The notes beneath the pieces are model-generated. The model did not search any database. It was not told the origin of the DNA and saw only the letters and a list, made by a program, of their open reading frames with translations. 64,000 bases of DNA from an uncultured archaeon (GTDB lineage Archaea > Thermoproteota > Nitrososphaeria > Nitrososphaerales > Gagatemarchaeaceae): assembly GCA_963799775.1 (NCBI GenBank), contig CAWCYD010000003.1, positions 1,696,001-1,760,000 of the forward strand. The letters are read 5' to 3'. Below are positions 1 through 11,180 of this stretch, one piece after another. The translations under genes and the position numbers were made by a program. Positions within the stretch are counted from its first letter, which is position 1, and every line of letters begins with the position of its first letter.

Positions 1-28
1 GCGAGCGGGGCGTGAGACCGAGCGAGAG

Positions 29-970
29 ATGACAGAGGCCTTGCAAATGGTCAAGGAAGCCAAGAGCGTCTACATAACGGGCAGTGGGACCAGCTTCCAC
101 GCGGCACTGATGGCGAAGCACCTTTTTTCGAAGCACGCCGGAATTACTATCGAGCCAATCACTGCCAGCGAGGTGAGGTTTTCCCCCTACCACTTCGGTC
201 GGGGCTCCATCCTGATCGCAGTCTCCCAGAGCGGCGAGAGCGCAGACGTCTTGGAAGCTGTGGCATGGGCCAAGGAGCGCGGTTCGGAGATCATCTCAAT
301 CGTCAACGTGATGACGTCCTCGCTGGTCCGCATGTCCTCGATATCGCTGGGCTTGAACTGCGGACCTGAAATCGGGGTCGCAGCGACCAAGAGCTTCACA
401 TCCCAGCTTGTCACGCTTTACGAGATGGCCGACAGGCTCTGCGGGGGGTGCATCGGCCTGGATCTGAACGAGGTATCGGAGGAAATCTCAAATGCCCTGA
501 GGAACCACCTGAAAATCAGGGACGTTGCGAGGAAGCTCAGAGCCGTCTCTGACATGTATGTCGCGGGCAGGGGAATCCACTACTTCGTGGCCGCCGAGGG
601 GGCCCTCAAGCTGAAAGAGCTGTCCTACATACATGCCGAGGCCATCCTAGGCGGAGAGCTGAAGCACGGACCGATGGCCCTCTTGGACTCCGACTACTAC
701 GTGATAGTGATCAATCCCCATGATTCGACATACTTCGACATCTTGCTGGGCGCCCGCGAGGCGAAGGCCAGGGGTGCAAAGATCATCGGGATCTCCGAGA
801 AGAACAACGACGTCTACGACCACTGGATCGAGATACCCAGCGTCAGGCACGACCTGTTCCCGTTCGTCGAGCTAGTCCCTCTCCAGCTCCTGGCTTACTA
901 TCTGGCTCTAGAGAGAGACGTCGATCCCGACTACCCGAGAAACCTGGCGAAATCTGTCACCGTCAGATAG
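29..970 (+). CDS. glmS: Glucosamine--fructose-6-phosphate aminotransferase, C-terminal SIS domains (gene probably starts upstream of the window)
   Basis: GSGTS, SQSGESAD, GPEIGVAATKSFT, ELKHGP motifs and the C-terminal PRNLAKSVTV. Confidence 0.93.
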   Translation: MTEALQMVKEAKSVYITGSGTSFHAALMAKHLFSKHAGITIEPITASEVRFSPYHFGRGSILIAVSQSGESADVLEAVAWAKERGSEIISIVNVMTSSLVRMSSISLGLNCGPEIGVAATKSFTSQLVTLYEMADRLCGGCIGLDLNEVSEEISNALRNHLKIRDVARKLRAVSDMYVAGRGIHYFVAAEGALKLKELSYIHAEAILGGELKHGPMALLDSDYYVIVINPHDSTYFDILLGAREAKARGAKIIGISEKNNDVYDHWIEIPSVRHDLFPFVELVPLQLLAYYLALERDVDPDYPRNLAKSVTVR

Positions 971-1093
971 CCGGGTCCGCGGCCGGGCGTCGAGACCCCG
1001 CAAAATGAAGCCGGGGCAAAGAGCGTTTTGCTAGTGGATTGTCCCAGTGGCTGCAGGCGTAATCCAGATGGTAGCCGAACCCGATAGGAGAGC

Positions 1094-1318
1094 ATGCAAG
1101 CGTTAGAGAAGACGCAATCGATGACACCGAACCCCGATCTGACGCATCCAACGGTAACTGCGTTCCAAGGCATGAACCCGCTCATCCAAAGATGCGACTC
1201 GTGCAAGAACAGCATGTCCGTCGAAGAGGGCGACGTCATTCAAGGAGACAAGTGGTACCACGCCTCATGCGCAACGACTATGCAAGAGCCTGGCGCACGC
1301 GACAACGGTCGCCGGTGA
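1094..1318 (+). CDS. Small putative zinc-binding protein
   Basis: CDSC...WYHASC motif. Confidence 0.5.
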   Translation: MQALEKTQSMTPNPDLTHPTVTAFQGMNPLIQRCDSCKNSMSVEEGDVIQGDKWYHASCATTMQEPGARDNGRR

Positions 1319-1364
1319 GCAGCTAGATGTCACTCCTAGGGATAGCGTAGTTGCGAGCTTTTCA

Positions 1365-2567
1365 CTAAGAGCTCGTTAAGCCCGTCCTCTTCTTCATCCT
1401 CTCTACTGCTTCTCTCAGCGTCCTGTTCTGCTTGGGGAACGCCAGCCTCACCTTCTTCTTCCCCAGCCCCGGCGTCGCGAAGAAGCTCGAGGCGGGGACC
1501 ATCGCGACGCCGCCGTCCTTGACCATGTGATCGGCGAAGCTGTAGTCGTCGCCCTTCCAGACAGCGTGAAAGTCCGCAAGGATGTAGTAGGCGCCCTGCG
1601 GCTTCAGGCAGTCATAACCCATCGACTCGAGGTTCTTCAGAAGGTAGTCTCGCTTCTTGGTGTAGTCCTCCGTCAGCTTGGAGTAGTAGGATTCGGGTAG
1701 GCTGAAGCCGGCGAGGGCCGCCCTCTGGAGCGGCGAGGGAGCGCAGACGGTCAGAAAGTCGTGCACCTTCCTTATCGCTTCTGTGAGCCTCTTCTCGGCC
1801 ACGGTGTAGCCGATCCTCCAACCCGTCACGCTGTAGGTCTTGGACGCGCCGGAGATGGTCACCGTCGAGTCTGCCATGTCGCCGACCGTCGCGAGGCTGA
1901 CGTGCTTCTGCCCGTCATAGACTATCTGCTCGTAAATCTCGTCGGTTATCGCGAGCACGCCGTAGTCGGAGCAGAGGTCTGCGACAATCTTGAGCTCGCT
2001 CCGGGAGAAGACCCTCCCTGTGGGGTTGTTGGGGGTGTTGATCATGATCGCCTTTGGTTTGCGGCTGAAAGCGCGCTTCAGCTCCTCCTCGTCCAACTTG
2101 AAACCTGGCTCCTTGAGCGTCACGTGCCGCACTTTCGCGCCGGAGATTATCGCGGAGGGGAGGTAGCATTCGTAGAATGGCTCGGGGATGATCACCTCGT
2201 CGCTCGAGTCCGTCAGCGCGAGCATAGTCGCGACCATCGCCTCGGTCGCTCCGCAAGTCACAGTGACGTTGTCCTCGCCCGTCGCCTCGATGCCGTTGAA
2301 GCGGCCTGCCTTCGCCGCTATAGCGGCCCTGAGCTCGGTCGACCCCCAGGTTATCTCGTACTGGTTGTAGTCTTCCTTCACCGCGCGAGCCGCGGCTTCC
2401 TTGAGCGCCGAGGGAGCGGGAAAGTCAGGATATCCCTGGGCCATGTTGATGGCCCCGTGGACGGCCGCCAGCCTGGTCATCTCCCGGATGACCGAGTCTG
2501 TGAAGAGCCTCACTCGTGGAGCGACAGGGTCGCGTGTACTCGGGTCTGGAGTCTTCGCTGCTTTCAT
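1365..2567 (-). CDS. Class I/II PLP-dependent aminotransferase
   Basis: INMAQGYPDF, NTPNNPTG, DEIYE, SKTYSVTGWRIG; true start is MKAAKT at 2567. Confidence 0.92.
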   Translation of the reverse strand: MKAAKTPDPSTRDPVAPRVRLFTDSVIREMTRLAAVHGAINMAQGYPDFPAPSALKEAAARAVKEDYNQYEITWGSTELRAAIAAKAGRFNGIEATGEDNVTVTCGATEAMVATMLALTDSSDEVIIPEPFYECYLPSAIISGAKVRHVTLKEPGFKLDEEELKRAFSRKPKAIMINTPNNPTGRVFSRSELKIVADLCSDYGVLAITDEIYEQIVYDGQKHVSLATVGDMADSTVTISGASKTYSVTGWRIGYTVAEKRLTEAIRKVHDFLTVCAPSPLQRAALAGFSLPESYYSKLTEDYTKKRDYLLKNLESMGYDCLKPQGAYYILADFHAVWKGDDYSFADHMVKDGGVAMVPASSFFATPGLGKKKVRLAFPKQNRTLREAVERMKKRTGLTSS

Positions 2568-2569
2568 CT

Positions 2570-3330
2570 CTAGGCCCCTGCCTTGCGCCCCACAAACACC
2601 AGGTCCCTGAACTGGTTCTCTCCTCTGGTCGTCCTGAATGTCCAGTCGACGTAGTGCATCGTCTCGGCAAAGCCGACCTCTTGGAGAATCCCGAGGATTT
2701 CCTTTGCGTCGAAGAGCCCCAGCCTGTGCACGTCGTTCCTTAGCACTATCGTCTTTGGGCCGTCCTTGATGAGATACGAGAAGGTGATCTCCCCTACGTC
2801 TCCTTCCTTCTTCGAGATCCCCAGTCGCGCACCCATCACCCTTCCCTCGTCGAAGATGTCCTCGCCTCTGTAGCCGTCTTTGAACCCTTTCTTCGTGAAG
2901 TGCGTGTCGAAGACCACGACGCCGCCGGCAGACAGGTGGCTGTAGAACCCCTGTAGGGTCCGTCTCAGCTCTGCGGCCGTCACGTTGTAGGAGATCGCGC
3001 TGAAGAGGCACACCACCGCGTCATACCTGCCCTGGACCGCCTCGTCGAGGTCCCTCATGTCGCCGCGGACGAACGTCGCATGGCCCCCGAGCTTCCTCCG
3101 CGCGATTCTCAGCATGTCCTCGCTGATGTCGACGCAGGTCACCTCGTAGCCCTTCCCGACGAGGATCTTGGCGTGGTTCCCCGTCCCGCATGCGACGTCC
3201 AGGATGCGCTTTCCTTGCGCGCCGTACTTCTTGAGGGACCTTCAAGAGAAAGCCCACCTCTTGGTCGTAGTCCTTCCACCAGTATATCCTGTCGTAGTAG
3301 TCCACGAGCTGCGAGTAGAGGGCGCGCTTC
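2570..3330 (-). CDS. Class I SAM-dependent methyltransferase (frameshift near 3235; start approximate)
   Basis: YYDRIY..KDY in one frame; ILDVACGTG, GDMRD and YDAVVCLFSAISY in the next. Confidence 0.85.
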
Positions 3331-3390
3331 GGCACGAGCGGTCGCCCGTTCGAAGGAGATTTAATTCTGACCTCTCGGCCACATCGTCCA

Positions 3391-4368
3391 GTGGCGGTAG
3401 TCGAGGTCCGGAGCCTCAGGCGGGTCTTCAAGTCGAAGAAGAGCGAGTTCGTCGCACTGGCGGGTGTGGACCTCGACGTCAAGCAAGGGGAGATCTTCGG
3501 CTTGCTCGGACCCAACGGCGCGGGCAAGACCACGCTGATCAGGATCCTCACGACGCTCCTTCTCCCCACCTCTGGGAAGGCCACGGTGTGCGGGTTCGAC
3601 GTGGCGAAGGAGCCGGAGAAGGTCAGGCCGCTGATAGGCGTGGCCAGCGGCTCCGAGCGGCCAGGCTACGACTTCATCACGGCCCGGGGCAACCTCTGGT
3701 TCTTCTCCCAGCTCTACGGGATATCGACGGCCGAGGCGAACGAGCGGATCAAGGAACTCTCGACCCTCCTCCAGTTCAGCGAGCAGCTCGACAATAAGCT
3801 CTACACGCTCTCGACCGGGTATCGGCAGAGGGTGACGATAGCGAGGGGGTTCATCAACGACCCCAAGGTCGTCTTCATGGACGAGCCCACCTCGGGCCTC
3901 GACGTCATAACCGCGAGGACCATCAGGCAGTTCCTCCTCGACCAGGCGAAGGACCGCGGCCGGACCATCTTCCTCGCGACCCACAACATGGTGGAGGGGG
4001 AGACCATCTGCGACAGGCTCGCGATAATCGACAGGGGGAAGGTGCTCGCGTGCGACACCGCCCCGGCGCTGAAGAGGCAGGTGGGGAGGCAGGTGGTGGT
4101 CATGGAGGCGGGCCCTCCCCAGCCCCTGCAGTTCGTGAACGGCCTGCCCGGCGTGAGGGGGTTCTCCTCGACGGTGGACGAGGAGAAGGACCTCGCGACC
4201 CTGAGGCTCCTCGTGGACAACGAGGCCGCCGAGGCCGGGGTGGGGAGGGAGCTCGAGAAGAGGGGGATGAAGGTCTACGCCTCATGGAAGCAGGAGCCCA
4301 CCCTGGAGGAGGTCTTCATCAAGTTCGTCGGCCGCGGGTTCTCGGAGAGCGAGGGCGATGGAGCCTAG
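3391..4368 (+). CDS. ABC transporter ATP-binding protein (DrrA-like)
   Basis: Walker A GPNGAGKTT, Walker B VFMDEPT, C-terminal PTLEEVF. Confidence 0.93.
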   Translation: MAVVEVRSLRRVFKSKKSEFVALAGVDLDVKQGEIFGLLGPNGAGKTTLIRILTTLLLPTSGKATVCGFDVAKEPEKVRPLIGVASGSERPGYDFITARGNLWFFSQLYGISTAEANERIKELSTLLQFSEQLDNKLYTLSTGYRQRVTIARGFINDPKVVFMDEPTSGLDVITARTIRQFLLDQAKDRGRTIFLATHNMVEGETICDRLAIIDRGKVLACDTAPALKRQVGRQVVVMEAGPPQPLQFVNGLPGVRGFSSTVDEEKDLATLRLLVDNEAAEAGVGRELEKRGMKVYASWKQEPTLEEVFIKFVGRGFSESEGDGA

Positions 4369-5174
4369 GCTCTGGTTCAGGACGATGTATGCGCGCACCT
4401 GGGTGAGGGTGCGGAGCATGTACGGGGAGCCCCTCTGGATGATCGTGGGCATCGCCTTCCCCCTCTTCACGACCTTCGGCCTGGGGTTCCTCTACAGGAG
4501 CGCGGGGGCCGGGGACGTCGCGGGGTTCGCGGTGCTCGGAGGGATAGCCGTCTCGTTCTGGAGCAACGTGGTGTGGTCGATGGCGACCCAGTTCTACTGG
4601 GACAAGCAGGAGGGCATCTTCGAGCTCTACCTCGTCTCGCCGGCCCCCGTCTCAGCGATCCTCGTGGGGATGTCAGTGGGCGGCTTCGCGGGGACGGCGC
4701 CCTCCGCCTTGCTCGTCGGGGTGGTCGGATGGCAGGTCTTCGGCTCGCCCGTCTCGCCCTCGTGGCTGCTCATCGCCGCCGGGTTCATGCTCACGATAGT
4801 CGCGCTCTACTCCCTCGGGATGCTCCTCGCGTCCGTCTACCTTGCGTACGGGAGGTCGGCGGAGTCGCTCAACGACTCTGTCCAGACGTCGGTCTCTATG
4901 TTCTCGGGCCTCTACTTCCCGGCGGTGGGGCTTGGCTCTCCCTTCCCGGCGGCGCTCCAGCTGGCGGTCTCGCTCATACCTCTGACGATCGGGATGGACG
5001 TCCTGCGCAAGGGCGTCTTCGGGTCCCCGACGTCCTCGTTCCCCACGGTCACCCAGGGCCCTGGCTATCCTCGCGGTGCTCTGCGTCCTGTTCTTCATCG
5101 CCGCCCAGAGGGCAATCAACTACATGAGAGAGAAGGGGAGGAAGAGCGGCTCTCTTGTGGTGAGGCTGCGATGA
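4358..5174 (+). CDS. ABC-2 permease (frameshift near 5060 fuses it artificially to the next gene)
   Basis: Multiple hydrophobic helices, DKQEGIFELYLVSP, FSGLYFP. Confidence 0.8.
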
Positions 5175-6010
5175 GCTCGCTCCGGCCCCTCCTCGCATCG
5201 GTCTGGATGGGGTGGCAGAGGGAGATAGGCTGGGGGAACCCGGCGCTCGCGATACTCGCGAGGGCCATAGCGCCCGCGGCCGCCGCGCTCACGGCCTCGA
5301 TAGTCTACTGGTTCGGGGCGACGGCAGCGGGTGTCTTCGACCCTGGGCGCCTCGCCTACGTCGTCATCGGGGCGTCGCTTTACGGCCAGATAGCGCTCTA
5401 CGCCTACATCCCGACGTCCGCCATCTCGGAGGGGAAGAACAGCAACGTCTACCCGCAGGTCTACGTCACGCCCGCCTCGTCCATCCCCTACCTCGCGGGA
5501 AGGTGCATCGCGACCTTCCTCGAGTCGGTCCCGGTGGTGTTGCTCTCGATTGGGGTGTGCGCCTTGGTCAGCTCGGAGTTCTTCCACTCCAACCTTCCGC
5601 TCTTGGTCTCGCCGGCCTCTCTTGCGCTGGCGATAGCGGCTATGCTCCTCGTCTTCCCATCGGCACTCGGTTTGGGATACATCATAGGGTCGTACTCCAT
5701 CTTCGCGAGCAAGTTCGAGTGGGCCGTCCCGTCATACATCTCAGGGGCGCTCATGATCCTCTCGGAGGCCCTTTACCCCGCCTCGGTCTTGCCCTGGCCC
5801 CTCTCTGCCATCGCAGAGTCGCTTCCGTTCACCTACTTCATGAGGGCGACTAGGGACGCCCTCCTCTACAACTCCATGACTAGCTACGTCACGGACGCCG
5901 CGACGACACTCCTCCTCGGGCTCCCGTTGCTTGCCCTAGGCCTCCTGGTCTTCAAGTGGGGCGAGAACAGGGGAAGGGTGAAGGGATTTATCGACAGAAA
6001 GAGCATGTGA
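5171..6010 (+). CDS. Second ABC-2 permease
   Basis: MSSLRPLL start, hydrophobic helices, ALYPASVLP..LPFTY. Confidence 0.8.
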   Translation: MSSLRPLLASVWMGWQREIGWGNPALAILARAIAPAAAALTASIVYWFGATAAGVFDPGRLAYVVIGASLYGQIALYAYIPTSAISEGKNSNVYPQVYVTPASSIPYLAGRCIATFLESVPVVLLSIGVCALVSSEFFHSNLPLLVSPASLALAIAAMLLVFPSALGLGYIIGSYSIFASKFEWAVPSYISGALMILSEALYPASVLPWPLSAIAESLPFTYFMRATRDALLYNSMTSYVTDAATTLLLGLPLLALGLLVFKWGENRGRVKGFIDRKSM

Positions 6011-6050
6011 CAGTCACGTTGCCCTGCCATGACCCCCTAGGTCGGTCGCG

Positions 6051-7169
6051 CTGATAGCCGGCCACGCGACACAAGCGGGGACGTCGAAGTTCGCCGATTG
6101 GGCGGCCGCGTCCAAGGGCGTCAGCAAGGGCCACTTCAGGGAGTTCGCAGGGTTGAAGCTCTCCTCGCTCGGGATCGGGACGTATTTGGGGGATGTGGAC
6201 GCTGAGACGGACAGGATGGTCGAGGAGGCGGTCGTGCAGTCTGTCTCTTCCGGCGCGGTCAACGTCATCGACACGGCAATCAACTACAGGTTCCAGAGGG
6301 CCGAGAGGTCCGTCGGGAGAGCGGTGGCCCGGCTCGCCGGGAGCGGAGGGATTGGGGCAGGGCGGGAGGGACTGCTAGTATGCACCAAGAACGGCTACCT
6401 CACCTCCGACGGAGAGCTGCCTATCGATTTCTGGGCCTACGTCCAAAGAGAGTTCATCAAGCCGGGGAAGCTCAGGCCCGACGAGATAGCCGGGCAGGCC
6501 CACTCAATGGCCGTCCCTTTCCTCAAGGAGCAGCTGAGGAGGAGCCTGACGAACCTGGGCCTCGGGTGCGTGGACGTGCTCTACCTCCACAACGCCGCGG
6601 AGTCGTGGCTCGAGGAGTTGGGGCTCAGGCGGTTCGTCGAGAAGCTCTCCGAGATCTTCGCCTTCTACGAGGAGGAGAGGAAGGCCGGGCGCGTGCTCTA
6701 CTACGGCATGGCGACCTGGTCATGCTTCAGGGTGCTGAAGGACGACGCCGAGCACCTCAACCTCGACGACGTGGTCGACGTGGCCAAGGAGGTCGGCGGG
6801 GAAGACCACGGGTTCAAGTTCGTCCAGCTCCCGTTCAACACGGCGATGTCCGAGGCCCTGACCCAGAGGAACCAGAGGATAGCGGACGAGCCGCTGACCT
6901 TGTTTGACGCGGCGAGGAGGTTGGGCGTCGGCGTCTTCACCAGCGTGCCTCTCTCACAGGCGAGGCTGCTGAGCCAGACCAGGGTGCCGCCGCTCGAGGG
7001 CTCAAGGGCCCTTTCGTTGATCCAGTTCGCGCGGTCGGCGCATCCAGCCCTCATCGCCCCCCTCATCGGCCAGAAGGACCCGAGGCACACGGATGAGAAC
7101 CTCCGGATTTCGCAGATACCGCCTCTCGACGAGGCCGGGTTCAAGGAATCATACAAAGGCCTGATATAA
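6051..7169 (+). CDS. Aldo/keto reductase
   Basis: SSLGIGTY, IDTAINY, CTKNG, DVLYLHN, QLPFN; frame is open upstream of the listed start (GHAT motif). Confidence 0.9.
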   Translation: MIAGHATQAGTSKFADWAAASKGVSKGHFREFAGLKLSSLGIGTYLGDVDAETDRMVEEAVVQSVSSGAVNVIDTAINYRFQRAERSVGRAVARLAGSGGIGAGREGLLVCTKNGYLTSDGELPIDFWAYVQREFIKPGKLRPDEIAGQAHSMAVPFLKEQLRRSLTNLGLGCVDVLYLHNAAESWLEELGLRRFVEKLSEIFAFYEEERKAGRVLYYGMATWSCFRVLKDDAEHLNLDDVVDVAKEVGGEDHGFKFVQLPFNTAMSEALTQRNQRIADEPLTLFDAARRLGVGVFTSVPLSQARLLSQTRVPPLEGSRALSLIQFARSAHPALIAPLIGQKDPRHTDENLRISQIPPLDEAGFKESYKGLI

Positions 7170-7181
7170 TGGAAAGGGAGA

Positions 7182-7406
7182 ATGCGGGGCGTTAAAGGCG
7201 TGAGAATCTATCTGCTTCTCCCGGGCATCCTGGTCGCGCTCGCCGGGGCGACGTTCACCCTCCAGGGCCTGGGCATAGTGGGCCCTTCAGGCTCATTCAT
7301 GTTCCAGAGCACGACCTGGATCTACTATGGTCTTGCAGCCTTCTTCGTCGGCTTGTTGCTCGCCGTCGGCGGGCTTTGGAAGAGCAAGCCAAAGCCGAAG
7401 CCCTGA
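7182..7406 (+). CDS. Small two-TM membrane protein
   Basis: Two hydrophobic helices around LQGLGIVGPSGSFM. Confidence 0.7.
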   Translation: MRGVKGVRIYLLLPGILVALAGATFTLQGLGIVGPSGSFMFQSTTWIYYGLAAFFVGLLLAVGGLWKSKPKPKP

Positions 7407-7450
7407 GGACAGCGCGCCTGGTCGCGCCGTCCCCTGGATCGCTCAGGGCT

Positions 7451-8415
7451 CTACCTTCGCCTTTCGGCTATCTGCTCCGGCGCTTCCTTGAGCCGGAGCT
7501 TCGTCTCGTGGCTAGTCCCGTTCCTCACGAACTGGACCGAGACCTCCTCCCCTATCGGGAGGTGGGAGAGGGCGCCGACGAGGTCCTTCATCGCCTCGAG
7601 CTTGGTCTCGCCCATCTTCACGAGGATGTCGCCGACCCGCAGGCCCGCGTCCTTCGCCGGAGCCTCCCGTAGGCACCTCGGCTAGCAGGACTCCCTGCTC
7701 GACCGGGAGGTTGTACCTCCTGGCCACGGACTTGGTGACGTCCATCCCTGAGATGCCGAGCCACGGCCTGATAACACGGCCGTTCCGTGTGATCTGGTCC
7801 ATGATCCTCTTAATCGTGTCCGAGGGGATCGCGAACCCCATGCCCTGGGCGAACGGGATCATGGCCGTGTTGAGCCCGATAACCTTGCCATCGAGGTCGG
7901 CGAGCGGGCCCCCGCTATTGCCGGGGTTGATTGCCGCGTCGGTCTGGATCAGGCCCTCGACCACAAAGTCGGTCCCCGGGAGCGGCCTCCCTAGGGCTCC
8001 TATCAGGCCCATCGAGACAGTCGGCGCCCCGGGAAGCCCAAGGGCGTTGCCTATCGCGAGGACTATCTGGCCGACCTTGAGCTTGTCAGAGTCGGCAAGC
8101 GTCGCGAAGGGGAGGTTCTCCGCTTCCACCTTCACGAGCGCGACGTCCGTCGCCTGGTCCGTCCCTATCACCTCGCCCACGAAGGCTCATCCCGTCCTTG
8201 AGGTTGACCTGGACCTTCGCTGCGTCGTCGATCACGTGGTTGTTCGTGACGATGATGCCCTTGGGGTCGATGATGACCCCCGAGCCCTGGCCCTCCACTG
8301 GGACGACGCCGAACCGGAAGTCCCTGGCGAGCCTGGTGCTGTCGATGCCCACTACGCTCTCGCTGAGCCTCTCGACCGCGCCGGTAATCTGGCCTTCGAG
8401 TTCCGTGAGACCCAT
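7451..8415 (-). CDS. HtrA/DegP-like serine protease with PDZ domain (frameshifts near 8190 and 7670)
   Basis: [37 protein letters not shown]. Confidence 0.9.
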
Positions 8416-8516
8416 CGCTTCTCTCAACTCTCTCTTCTGTCTACCAGGGAGGCCGTATGGGCGGGCCTGGCTCTGGGATGGAGGGCGGTGCTGGTTGTCT
8501 CGGCTCCAATTGCCCT

Positions 8517-9426
8517 CTACTCCTCCCGTCCCGAGGTCGGCGTGACCTCGAGGTCGACCACGTTCCCGCCTCGCAGCACGGCGAGCTTCGCCTTCTGTCC
8601 TATCGCCTCTTCACCGAGTAGGCCTGTGAGTGTCCATCGGAGCTCAGGATGCTCTTCCCGTTGAACCTCAGGATTACGTCGCCGAACGACAGGCCCGCCT
8701 GCTTGGCAGGGGCCCGTCCTCCACTGAGAAGACCATCACGCCCGTCTCCTGCCCCACCTTGCTGGAAGATGAGACCTCCTCAGGGAGCGCGACCGGGTTC
8801 GTCACGATGCCCATGTAGGCCCTCTTGAACGGCTGGCCCTTCGCAATCCTCTGCACGACCTTCGAGATCGTGTTGACGGGGACCGCTATGCCCCTCTTCG
8901 AGACGTAGGCCACGTTCATCCCTATCATCCGGCCCGAGGCGTCGACCAGAGGCCCTCCGGAGTATCCAGGGTTGACCCTGGCGTCGGTGATGATGGCGTT
9001 CTCTATCGTCATCCCCCACCAGCCGCCTATGCTCCGGTTGGCGCCCGTGATTATCCCCGAGGTGACGCTCGTGTGCGCCGAGAAGGGGTTCGCGAGGGCC
9101 AGGACGAACTGGCCTGGCTTTAGGCTGTCAGAGTCGCCCTTCGTGATGGGCGAGAGCTCCCCCTCGACCGTCAAGACAGCGATGTCCGAGCGCCTGAAGC
9201 GCCCTGTCACCTTGGCGGGTAGCTTCTTCCCGTCGGAAGTCCCGATGCTCACCTCGTCCGCTCCCCTCACCACGTGGAAGGCGGTCACGACGGTGTGCTG
9301 GTCCCAGACTATGCCGGACCCGTTTCCGTGGCCGGAGCTTATGCTCACGACCGAGCGACCTGTGCTCTCGGCGAGCCGCTCAATCTCGCCGGAGATTGTT
9401 TGCAGTATGCTTGAATTCAGACTCAA
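8517..9426 (-). CDS. Second HtrA-like serine protease with PDZ domain (frameshift near 8710)
   Basis: [27 protein letters not shown]. Confidence 0.88.
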
Positions 9427-9521
9427 TTTTCCACTGCAGAGGTAGAGGAGGCGGGGATACTTGTTGATGGAGAACTCGGGAACCCCGTCACACCCAACGC
9501 GGGCGGCGGACATTGAAGCCG

Positions 9522-10157
9522 TCAGTTGTGCATCGAGAAGGTGGAGCCCGTCGAGAAGAAGGCGACCCTTCCTTCTGGGCCTGCGGGGGTGAACCTGGAG
9601 AGGTGACCCACCAGTTGGTAGGACGCCTTGATCGCGTCGGTCAAGTCCTTGCCTTCCCTGACGTTGCCCTCGATTACGAGCTCGCTTCCCGAGAAGATGG
9701 CGTCGATCTGGACTGCGCCGTCCCCCGTCACCCACTTCATCGTAGTCCCCCTCTCATCCTCCGAATATCCTAGCCAGCGGAGAGGCCCGAACCACCGTCC
9801 CTTGAGTCCCGAGACGGCCTCGCCCGACGCCTTCCCGTACGGGAGCAGCGTGCGGAGTATCGGGCCCCTGTGCTGCGTCGCCGAGTGAGGTTGGGCTGTC
9901 GCGAGCGGCTTTACGCCGATCATCTCCTTCCCCTTGTGAGTCACGTGGTAACCCTCTGAGGTCTTCTCCAGGATCATCTGCTCCTCGAGCCTGTGAAGTA
10001 TCCTCGAGAGCGTCTCCGAGTGCGTCCCCAGCCTTCGCCTGAGCCCCTCGAATGTGAACCCGAGAAGGTCCATCCTCGCCTAGGAAGCGCAGGGACCTCA
10101 GCGTCCCTGGCGCTAAACTCGGCGCCTGCGAATTGGTCCCTTGGAAGCCTGTCAGGC
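9522..10157 (-). CDS. Conserved hypothetical protein with winged-helix domain (frameshift near 10080)
   Basis: FTFEGLRRRLGTHSETLSRILHRL wHTH pattern. Confidence 0.65.
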
Positions 10158-10219
10158 ATGCTGGAACACCGGAGGATTAGGGGAGTCGGTTTCTTATATA
10201 GATAGTAGTATTCTGGAAA

Positions 10220-10600
10220 TTACTTGGTCGAGTGCCCCGCCGCGACCCTCCTGTACGCTGCGATGTAGTCCAGCGCGAACTTGTCGGCGTTCTTCTCCGT
10301 CCCCCGGTGGCGGCCGGCGAACTGGCGCAGGTGATGATAGAACTCGTGGAGCATGACGAACGGGTCGTAGAGATATTCCTGGCTCACGGCGAGTATCTCC
10401 TTCCTGTTGGCGGAGTAGACGGCGAGCACCCCTTTCGAGCGCCCCCTGACGACCCCGATGCCGAGCCTGGGCACCTCCACCCGGTAGTAGTCGGAGAGCA
10501 TCTTGATGGCCCGTCCGGTATCACGGTTGAGGATCGTCGCCACCACAGCTGTCTTGAAGTCATCGCCCGGCTGCCCTTGCCTCGCTTCGGTCGTCTCGCA
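10220..10600 (-). CDS. Hypothetical zincin-like protein (start approximate)
   Basis: LHEFYHH...E..AD.FA motif. Confidence 0.65.
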   Translation of the reverse strand, partial: CETTEARQGQPGDDFKTAVVATILNRDTGRAIKMLSDYYRVEVPRLGIGVVRGRSKGVLAVYSANRKEILAVSQEYLYDPFVMLHEFYHHLRQFAGRHRGTEKNADKFALDYIAAYRRVAAGHSTK

Positions 10601-10605
10601 ACACG

Positions 10606-10891
10606 CTATGCCTGTTTCTCTTCCAGCTCGAACGTGAACCTTGCCCCCGCGAACTCCTTTGTCCCGACCTTCTCCCAGGCCACGTCGTAGGTCTTCGTCA
10701 GCTGGGCGCCGACTATCTTGACCTGCTTGGGGAGGTCTCTCCCACAGCTTCTCCGACTTGGTAGGGTCCTTCGTGAAGAGCAAGGAGCGCCTCCGCTTCA
10801 TGAGGTACTTGACCGCGACCTTCTGATAGTCCGTTCCTTCCACCTGTATCTGCTCCTTCCCGGTGTCGACAGTGAAGGCCCGCTTCGCCAT
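10606..10891 (-). CDS. Small conserved hypothetical protein (frameshift near 10740)
   Basis: MAKRAFTVDTG...VAVKYLMKRRRSLL...GARFTF with host codon usage. Confidence 0.65.
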
Positions 10892-10941
10892 GACGGCGCA
10901 TCGTGATTTTTGATTAATGAGGTTTTGGTAAGAGGAACCCG

Positions 10942-11100
10942 CTAGACACCGACCGCGGACCAGACGTCGTCGTCGCTGTCCAGCTGCGTGAACCCGCACC
11001 TGTCGCACCTTCTGCCGGTGAGGGTCGCCTCCTTGCCCCCGGCCAGGATCTTCCTCTGGTACTCGACCATCTGCCCCGCGCGGCACCTCTCGCAGAACAT
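10942..11100 (-). CDS. Small zinc-finger protein (YgiT-like, 52 aa)
   Basis: MFCERCRAGQM...RCDRCG, translated by hand. Confidence 0.65.
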   Translation of the reverse strand: MFCERCRAGQMVEYQRKILAGGKEATLTGRRCDRCGFTQLDSDDDVWSAVGV

Positions 11101-11180
11101 CTTTCGATAGGTCACCCCGCCGTGGGCACCTTTAAGTCACTCCCCTGCGGTTTGGCCCCGTAGTCGGGTGAGAGCAGAAG

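Noticed and set aside
1365-3011. 548-aa aminotransferase with a long N-terminal extension
   Set aside because: The extension is the off-frame reading of the upstream methyltransferase; the real start is 2567.
4358-6010. Fused double ABC permease (550 aa)
   Set aside because: A hydrophilic nonsense junction indicates a frameshift joining two genes.
7451-9426. Tandem HtrA proteases as a novel system
   Set aside because: This is a common duplicated arrangement.
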